Assembly: GCA_021778415.1 (NCBI GenBank)
Contig: JAJYCL010000002.1
Coordinates: forward strand, 79,686-143,685
Origin: a bacterium
GTDB taxonomy: Bacteria; Vulcanimicrobiota; Vulcanimicrobiia; Vulcanimicrobiales; Vulcanimicrobiaceae
DNA length: 64,000 nucleotides
Direction of reading: 5' to 3'
Within the stretch, counting starts at the first letter, position 1. Every line of letters starts with the position of its first letter. The notes under the pieces are model-generated. The model did not search any database. It was not told the origin of the DNA and saw nothing but the letters and a program-made list of their open reading frames with translations. Of this stretch, positions 59,201 through 64,000 are shown piece by piece. The translations under genes and the position numbers were made by a program.

Positions 59201-59341
59201 GGAAAGAAGCGATTCTTCAACGTTCGAGTTGTTTTCGCGCTCAGTCCAATCCCCAAGATACGTGTAACCGAGGTCGTCCCTAAAGAGCGCGATGATGCGT
59301 TCTTGCGTGACCTTCTCTGCCTTGCCGACCTCATCGATCAT
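56276..59341 (-). CDS. hsdR: type I restriction endonuclease subunit R
   Basis: N-terminal nuclease region (PDLVLFINGIAIGVIELK), helicase motifs WHTQGSGKS, FVDEAHRTQSG, FTGTP and QAICRTNR. Start set at MIDEVG (ATGA overlap with hsdS). Confidence 0.93.
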   Translation of the reverse strand: MIDEVGKAEKVTQERIIALFRDDLGYTYLGDWTERENNSNVEESLLSDWLVRSGYSPEQISKAIYALKTEARNPQRSLYENNQEVYKLLRYGIPVKTAVGEMTKTVHLINWNEPEKNDFGIAQEVTLSGDHDRRPDLVLFINGIAIGVIELKNSRISIGDGIRQNLSNQQPEFHPWFFSTIQFVFAGNDSEGLKYGTILTPEKFFVDWKEDESDNTGFKIDKYLRKICSKARIVELMQNFVLFDNGWKKLPRPHQYFAIKAAQEYVARKQSGIIWHTQGSGKSIVMVFLAKWILENLPNARVAIITDRDELDKQIEGVFNAVGEPIKRTASGRDLLQQLGQATPRLLCSLIHKFGPRNIDNFEAFIKDLGDKPSQTVGDVFIFVDEAHRTQSGKLHRAMRAIMPNAVFIGFTGTPLLKQDRQSTLALFGGYIHRYQFKEAVEDGVVLDLVYDARDIDQSLGSPETIDEWFACTTRELNQWQKNELMKHWSTMQIVLSSRSRISRVVNDIIFDFMKNARLASRLGNAILVASSIYEACRYFELFQSTRLKGECAIVTSYNPQVRDITLEETGANTETEKQFIYRIYTDLLANIIPKPGKTATETYEDDVKAKFIKEPASMRLLIVVDKLLTGFDAPPCSVLYIDKSMQDHGLFQAICRTNRLDDETKKFGTVVDYKDLFKKVEGAMAVYASELDDEAPGSEPEILIQDRLVRGRQRIEDARETLFGLCEPVASPRGELQFIQYFCGNSEIESDLVETQPRRVALYRATVDFVRATADIADEMAGAGYTPDDVLELKQLREYYVNIRDLVRQASGETLDLKPFEADMRHLIDVYIEADAPRSVFSSLDTSLAMSLLDLIGRIGVTKAVEQHFRGRTMNAEIVAEVIENNIRKTIVKQRFSDPIYYETISSLLKEVIEARKSNAIKYREYLKQISELAKQAIAGRMDDSPERLDTPGKRALWNSLARNEDLALRLDEIIRERRPDAWRGMLAKERKVKEIIYEVLQDDDEVERVFAIVKAQDEY

Positions 59342-60621
59342 ACGAGTCGCACTTTCCCTGTAAGTAGTTGCTGCATCATGCCTTGTTTGATATTGCAAGC
59401 TTTTGCCAAGTGATCGTTGATTGCGGCTACTTCATCATCCATGTCAGAAAGGGCACTAGAAATCGCCGACTGTTCCTGGAGATCAGACGGGACAATGAGC
59501 TTCATCGCGCTTAAAACGGAACCATTCAGAGCCGGAAGCGCGGTGGTGCTCACTAAATCACCAAACCGTGTGTTCCTAAAGAGAAAGTGAACAAAGCGGT
59601 GGTCCGCGCTACCGTCGAATAATGTAAAGCCAGCCATGTTGTTATCTAGGCATGACGTTTGCGAAAGAATACGCTTTCTTTCAAGAAAAACTGCGGCGCC
59701 GACTTTGGCGAGAACGATTGTACCGGGAGCGAATGTTGGAGCGCCAAGGAGTTTGCGCTGAGTCTCAGAAATGTAATTGTTCGAGGTGCGCATGAAGGTC
59801 TCGTTCCCGTCGTTGTTCATATCCGAGACTTTAAAGAACGGGTAGGCGCCAGATGTTGCGCCCTGGTATGATAGCGGGAATCCTGTGCCGCCTCTGAAGT
59901 TGCCCAATTGCTTCGCCTCGACGACAATCCAATCTCGCGGAATCGACCCGACCTCGGTGCTTTTCCAGCCAGGCATTTTCTCGAATCCCGGCAGCCGCCG
60001 GGTGCCAGTGAGCAACTCCTGCATTGCGCCCTGCATGATGGCGCGCTTCTTCGCAAGCAATTTTTCCATCGATTCGATGTACGCGTCGGCATTGCTCAGG
60101 ACTTCGGCGATCGCTTCTTGTTCGCAGAGCGCCGGCACAGGGATTAAAAAGGACTTTACGATTTCACCACTGAGATTCGGCTGCCCGCCTTGCAGATACG
60201 TGTCCAGGTAGGCTTGCTTCTGAAAACGTAGATACTGGAATAAGAATTCAGTATTCAATATCTTCGAAGGCTTGATCGCTAGAATTGCTTGATTGATAGC
60301 TGCGGGAATTTGAGTTCTTGCCGCGACCCCGGCAGTTGCTCCGTATAGAGCGATAAGCAAATCTCCAGCCTCAACCATTTTAGCTGAAGAATTTGCGAGG
60401 CCGAGCTTAGTAATACGACCTTCGACGTCGCGGATACGGACCGCATTAAGATCTCCCGAGGTGATCCAAGGTATTGCCCCACCGTAGTATTCTCGAACAG
60501 ACGTGTTCGGAGTACCCCCAGAGAAGCACTCCGCGAGTTCACTAATGCGTTGCGCAGTCCAACCAAATGCTATCACTCCAAGTTCCGTCTGATTGCGTTC
60601 CGGCGCCGTTGCTACTTCCAT
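59338..60621 (-). CDS. hsdS: type I restriction-modification specificity subunit S
   Basis: Two target-recognition halves separated by conserved helices (..EQEAIAEVLSNADAYIESMEKLLAKKRAIMQGAMQELLTG.. and ..EQSAISSALSDMDDEVAAINDHLAKACNIKQGMMQQLLTGKVRL). Confidence 0.9.
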   Translation of the reverse strand: MEVATAPERNQTELGVIAFGWTAQRISELAECFSGGTPNTSVREYYGGAIPWITSGDLNAVRIRDVEGRITKLGLANSSAKMVEAGDLLIALYGATAGVAARTQIPAAINQAILAIKPSKILNTEFLFQYLRFQKQAYLDTYLQGGQPNLSGEIVKSFLIPVPALCEQEAIAEVLSNADAYIESMEKLLAKKRAIMQGAMQELLTGTRRLPGFEKMPGWKSTEVGSIPRDWIVVEAKQLGNFRGGTGFPLSYQGATSGAYPFFKVSDMNNDGNETFMRTSNNYISETQRKLLGAPTFAPGTIVLAKVGAAVFLERKRILSQTSCLDNNMAGFTLFDGSADHRFVHFLFRNTRFGDLVSTTALPALNGSVLSAMKLIVPSDLQEQSAISSALSDMDDEVAAINDHLAKACNIKQGMMQQLLTGKVRLV

Positions 60622-63008
60622 GTAAATCCCATCCGCTGCAGATGACCATTCACCATTGTTTCCAGAGTCGTGACAGATTGAGTCAGGAGCGGAAGTGCAG
60701 TGGCATAGCGAGATGAGAGTTCTTCGGTCCGTTTTGCGAGCTGTTGCCCTAAACGATTCATCTCACTGTGAATTGCGGAGTCAATTGCGCCGAGCCACTT
60801 ATCCTCGACTACGAGGGTCTTAATTTCGCGCTCGCTTAGTTTCGGATATTTCTCGAATGCTGCAAGGTCGAGAGCTGCTTCTACTGCTTTGAGGCTCTTC
60901 TTGAGCGCTGCTTCCTCGTCGCTAAGTTTAAGCCAGGCCTTCAGAACGGCGACCTCATTGCGCGCACCTTTGTCTTTGGCAATTTCCTTGAGGCGGGCCG
61001 CTACGTTCGGGCGCTTGATCGCATCGAGATCCAACGCGCCTCCTTCGACTTCGTGTTCCTCTTCGATTTCGGCTAGTCGTGACGTTGCCGATTCAAGCGC
61101 GCTCGTCAGGTCTTCAATCTCGCTGCGCTCTTTTGCGAAATAGCGGGCAACGATAATGTCCTTCGGAATCAGCTCGCATACCCAGCCCTTATCCTTGCTC
61201 TGGCCTTTTTTGTTCCTTTCGATAACGCGCTGCGTCTCGGCTTTCCAGCCGTCAATCGAAATGAGGTAGCAGTCGTCTTGCATCGTGTCGGCCCAATAGT
61301 CCATGAGATGCTGGTAGACGGCGTACGGATCGATTAGGGGATTGCCAGTGTAATGCGCGAGCAACTCCTCGGAAATCTTTTTTATGAGGTCCTTCGGATG
61401 AAATCCGGGCTTGAGGTCTTTGAGTGATTTAACGGTCTGACTGCGCCAGGTGGCAAAATGCGCGTTCATGTCGGCGACGAACGCCAGAAACTGCGGATGC
61501 GCATGGATGGTGCTTTTAATCGCTGATTGTTCGACAGCGAGGTCGACGTAGCCGGGCCGGTTAGGTTTGAAGAGCGCGTCGCGCAGGTTCGGGCAGACCT
61601 TCCAATAGCGCTCGAGTGCGTCAATATCGGCCTCGGGAATCCCGCCCTGCAGATGCGCGGCAATGTCTTGGATGTCTTCCGTTACCAGGCTATCAATGTA
61701 GCGCGGAATGTTGAGGTTAAAGCCGTTCTTCTCAATTTCGGCGAACGGCACCATGCGAGAGTATTTCGACACCTCGAGCTGGCGCGTAAAAACGTCAACG
61801 ATTTTGTGAATGTCTTGCGCGCGTAGGCGGTTTTTCGGGCCATCCTTCATGAAGCCAGTGCTGGCATCAATCATAAAGATGCCAGTGCGGTCCTTCGCGT
61901 GCTTCTTGTCGATAACGACGATGCATGCGGGGATACTCGTGCCATAGAACAGGTTTGGCGGTAAGCCGATGATGCCAGCGATGTAGCCCCTGCGAATAAG
62001 GTTCTCGCGAATCGTCGCCTCACCGCCGCCGCGAAAAAGCACGCCGTGCGGCAAAATGCAGGTGCCCGTGCCGGTACTTTTGAGCGACGCAACGATGTGG
62101 AGCAGATACGCGAAATCACCCTGCTTGTCAGGTGGAACTCCGAAGCCTTCGAATCGCTTGAATTCGTCGTTTTCGGGATCGATGCCATTGCTCCATCGTT
62201 TGTCCGAAAATGGCGGATTGGCGATGACGTAGTTGAACTGTTTGAGTTTGCCCTTATCCGTGAATTTGGGATTCGCGAGGGTGTTGCCCTGAACGATTTC
62301 GGCCGTCGGGCGCTGGTGCAGAATCATGTTCATGCGGGCCAGGCCGCTCGTCGTCGCGTCTTTCTCCTGGCCATAAAGCGTGACATCGGGGCCTGCCTCC
62401 TCCGCAACCTTTAGCAGCAGCGAGCCGGAGCCGCAGGTCGGGTCGTAAATTGTCGTTTGTGCGCTGACCTTTGATTTCACGATGCCGAGGAGGCGGGCGT
62501 CGACTTGGCTGACCTCGGAAGGCGTGTAGAACTGCCCCTTACTCTTGCCGCTTTCGGTCGCAAAGTGGCGCATCAGATATTCATACGCATCGCCCAAAAG
62601 ATCGTCGCCGTCGGCGCGGTTGTTCGAGAAGTCCAGGGCTGGGTTCTGGAAGATCGCGATGAGGTTGGTGAGGCGATCGACCTTGTCTTTGCCGCTGCCG
62701 AGTTTCAGATCGTCGTTGAAATCTGGCATATCCGCCAGACCATTGGCCGCGGCTAAGGGTGTGATAATCCTTTTATTGATCTGATCGCCGATGTCGGCCT
62801 TACCCTTGAGGGCGACCATGTCGCTGAATGATGAACCGGGCGGCACGGTGATGGCCGCATATTTCTTGCCGGCGTATTTATCGCTGACGTACTTGACGAA
62901 TAGCAGCACGAGCACGTAGTCCTTATACTGACTCGCGTCCATGCCTCCGCGGAGTTCGTCACAACTGGCCCAGAGGCTTGAGTAGAGGTCCGATTTCTTG
63001 ATTGCCAC
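60612..63008 (-). CDS. hsdM: type I R-M N6-adenine DNA methyltransferase subunit M with a long C-terminal extension
   Basis: HsdM N-terminus (LWASCDELRG..YKDYVLVLLFVKY), SAM motif DPTCGSGSLL, catalytic NPPF (YVIANPPFS). About 300 extra C-terminal residues, partly coiled-coil-like. Confidence 0.93.
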   Translation of the reverse strand: MAIKKSDLYSSLWASCDELRGGMDASQYKDYVLVLLFVKYVSDKYAGKKYAAITVPPGSSFSDMVALKGKADIGDQINKRIITPLAAANGLADMPDFNDDLKLGSGKDKVDRLTNLIAIFQNPALDFSNNRADGDDLLGDAYEYLMRHFATESGKSKGQFYTPSEVSQVDARLLGIVKSKVSAQTTIYDPTCGSGSLLLKVAEEAGPDVTLYGQEKDATTSGLARMNMILHQRPTAEIVQGNTLANPKFTDKGKLKQFNYVIANPPFSDKRWSNGIDPENDEFKRFEGFGVPPDKQGDFAYLLHIVASLKSTGTGTCILPHGVLFRGGGEATIRENLIRRGYIAGIIGLPPNLFYGTSIPACIVVIDKKHAKDRTGIFMIDASTGFMKDGPKNRLRAQDIHKIVDVFTRQLEVSKYSRMVPFAEIEKNGFNLNIPRYIDSLVTEDIQDIAAHLQGGIPEADIDALERYWKVCPNLRDALFKPNRPGYVDLAVEQSAIKSTIHAHPQFLAFVADMNAHFATWRSQTVKSLKDLKPGFHPKDLIKKISEELLAHYTGNPLIDPYAVYQHLMDYWADTMQDDCYLISIDGWKAETQRVIERNKKGQSKDKGWVCELIPKDIIVARYFAKERSEIEDLTSALESATSRLAEIEEEHEVEGGALDLDAIKRPNVAARLKEIAKDKGARNEVAVLKAWLKLSDEEAALKKSLKAVEAALDLAAFEKYPKLSEREIKTLVVEDKWLGAIDSAIHSEMNRLGQQLAKRTEELSSRYATALPLLTQSVTTLETMVNGHLQRMGFTWK

Positions 63009-63197
63009 GGTGCGATACGTAACCTTCCTGGATATAAATACGACGCAGGGTTAGAGACCCACCCTAGGAAGATACACCAAATTCGGCATTCGAACAATCG
63101 AGCAAATCAGCGCAAAAAATGCAGATTAGCAATAAAGCATCGCTGTGTTTGCTATGCAGTGAAGCGCAAGCTTGCATAGGTGCAAATTCGACGCATA

Positions 63198-63220
63198 TTT
63201 GCGCGACGCAAACGTTTGCG
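63198..63220. promoter_or_regulatory. overlapping palindromes (TTTGCG/CGCAAA half-sites) upstream of hsdM: candidate operator
   Basis: tttgcg-cga-cgcaaa (63198-63212) overlaps the perfect 12-bp palindrome gcaaacgtttgc (63208-63219), in the AT-rich spacer between the HEPN-like gene and hsdM. Confidence 0.25.
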
Positions 63221-63279
63221 ATATCAGAATATAGCGGAGCGCCACAGTCAAAACGTTAGCACAATAAGCGTAAGACTTC

Positions 63280-63759
63280 TCACAATAAACCTGCGCCGTG
63301 CTTGAACGCGCCCTGCACACGGCGACTATTTTGAACGTAGCCCTCGATGATTTCCAGGCCAGCCTCGACTAACTGTCGATCGCGGTCGGTGTATGGCTGC
63401 TTCCCACCATGAAACAAGTTGTTTCGTATTCGCCGGAGCGCTTCGCAGATCGCGGCATTGCCGGTTCCGGTCAGCGTGGCTTTGGTAAATACAACGCGCC
63501 CATTTTGAACGCATTGCTTTTTGGGCGGCTCATTGCAAACGTAGCTGATTGCGCCTTGTAACTTCGGGGAAGCGTTTTCCGCTAAGTCTGGGAGGGACTT
63601 TTCGAATGCTTCCCAGTTGGCCCGTGCGACACGTTTACTAGGCGCAGGGAATGTTTCTTTGAGTGCGTGCTCAAAGAGCGCGAATGCCACACAGAACTTT
63701 AGGCGTTCAAGCTCCCTTTTTTGGACTCGCTTGAAAACTTCGTCGATTATACTCCGCAT
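63280..63759 (-). CDS. 159-aa protein with an HEPN-type Rx4H motif
   Basis: ALRRIRNNLFHGGK (R112-x4-H117, with Asn after the Arg) in a predicted all-helical protein. Lies between the tRNA and the R-M operon. Confidence 0.55.
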   Translation of the reverse strand: MRSIIDEVFKRVQKRELERLKFCVAFALFEHALKETFPAPSKRVARANWEAFEKSLPDLAENASPKLQGAISYVCNEPPKKQCVQNGRVVFTKATLTGTGNAAICEALRRIRNNLFHGGKQPYTDRDRQLVEAGLEIIEGYVQNSRRVQGAFKHGAGLL

Positions 63760-63974
63760 TCGGCCTCGCTGTTCATTTGCGCTCGCGACGTAGACAGATA
63801 AATGTTACTTGAAGGCGAAGCGTTCGCCTGGGTCCTTGGCGGTGGGAGCCCCGTGACACACCCGGCCAAACGATGACCTGCTCAAAACGGCGGCGAATGT
63901 AGCTCGTTGATGATCCTCGAACGACGGATAAAAAAGAAAAAGGCCCAACAACGTTTCCGCTATCGAACCTATAT

Positions 63975-64000
63975 TGGTTGCGGGGGCAAGATTTGAACTT
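63975..64000 (-). tRNA. 3' end of a tRNA (T-arm, acceptor and encoded CCA), initiator tRNA-fMet-like; rest lies beyond the window
   Basis: The minus strand reads AAG-TTCAAAT-CTTGC-CCCCGCA-A-CCA. The visible AAG pairs with CTTGC as a T-stem. The tail ..GTTCAAATC...CCCCCGCAACCA matches the E. coli tRNA-fMet 3' end from memory, including A72. Confidence 0.7.

Overview
This is a high-G+C bacterial chromosomal segment. An OMP-type porin and several lipobox proteins suggest a diderm. The backbone is housekeeping: a cytochrome b-like gene, tlyA-nadK-recN, pyk, rimP-nusA-ylxR-infB-rbfA-nrnA-truB-ribF, a TlpA-like redoxin, a Clp-type AAA+ ATPase, a SIMPL protein, glnA, a ferredoxin, an AttEFGH-like ABC exporter module, a beta-carbonic anhydrase, sua5, nfu, a class I aldolase, two large beta-propeller lipoproteins, a phoB/phoR-like pair with pstB and a porin, and tdh-kbl. 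Three visibly lower-G+C accessory patches interrupt this backbone. (i) About 3.5-5.2 kb lies next to a helicase-DUF1998-DUF559 fusion that is truncated by the window edge. (ii) About 23.3-25.1 kb holds an IS3 remnant bracketed by a duplicated 3' end of the Clp-like gene. (iii) About 51.8-64.0 kb abuts the 3' end of an initiator-tRNA-like gene. Patch (iii) carries a translationally coupled type I R-M operon (hsdM-hsdS-hsdR-DUF45 peptidase). That operon is extended by a twice-frameshifted GIY-YIG-like gene, a 565-aa protein whose C-terminal half shows nitrilase-superfamily E-K-C motifs, and an 82-aa HTH-like protein. The patch also holds a protein with an HEPN Rx4H motif and an RHH-like protein coupled to a 40-aa hydrophobic peptide. 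The R-M-linked nitrilase-fold plus HTH module is my best candidate for an undescribed defence-associated system. Other notable items are a 33-bp-arm inverted repeat between infB and rbfA, a REP-like repeat cluster after pstB, and a membrane-anchored Zn-ribbon Clp ATPase. All calls rest on reading the ORF translations and the sequence by eye; no searches were run.
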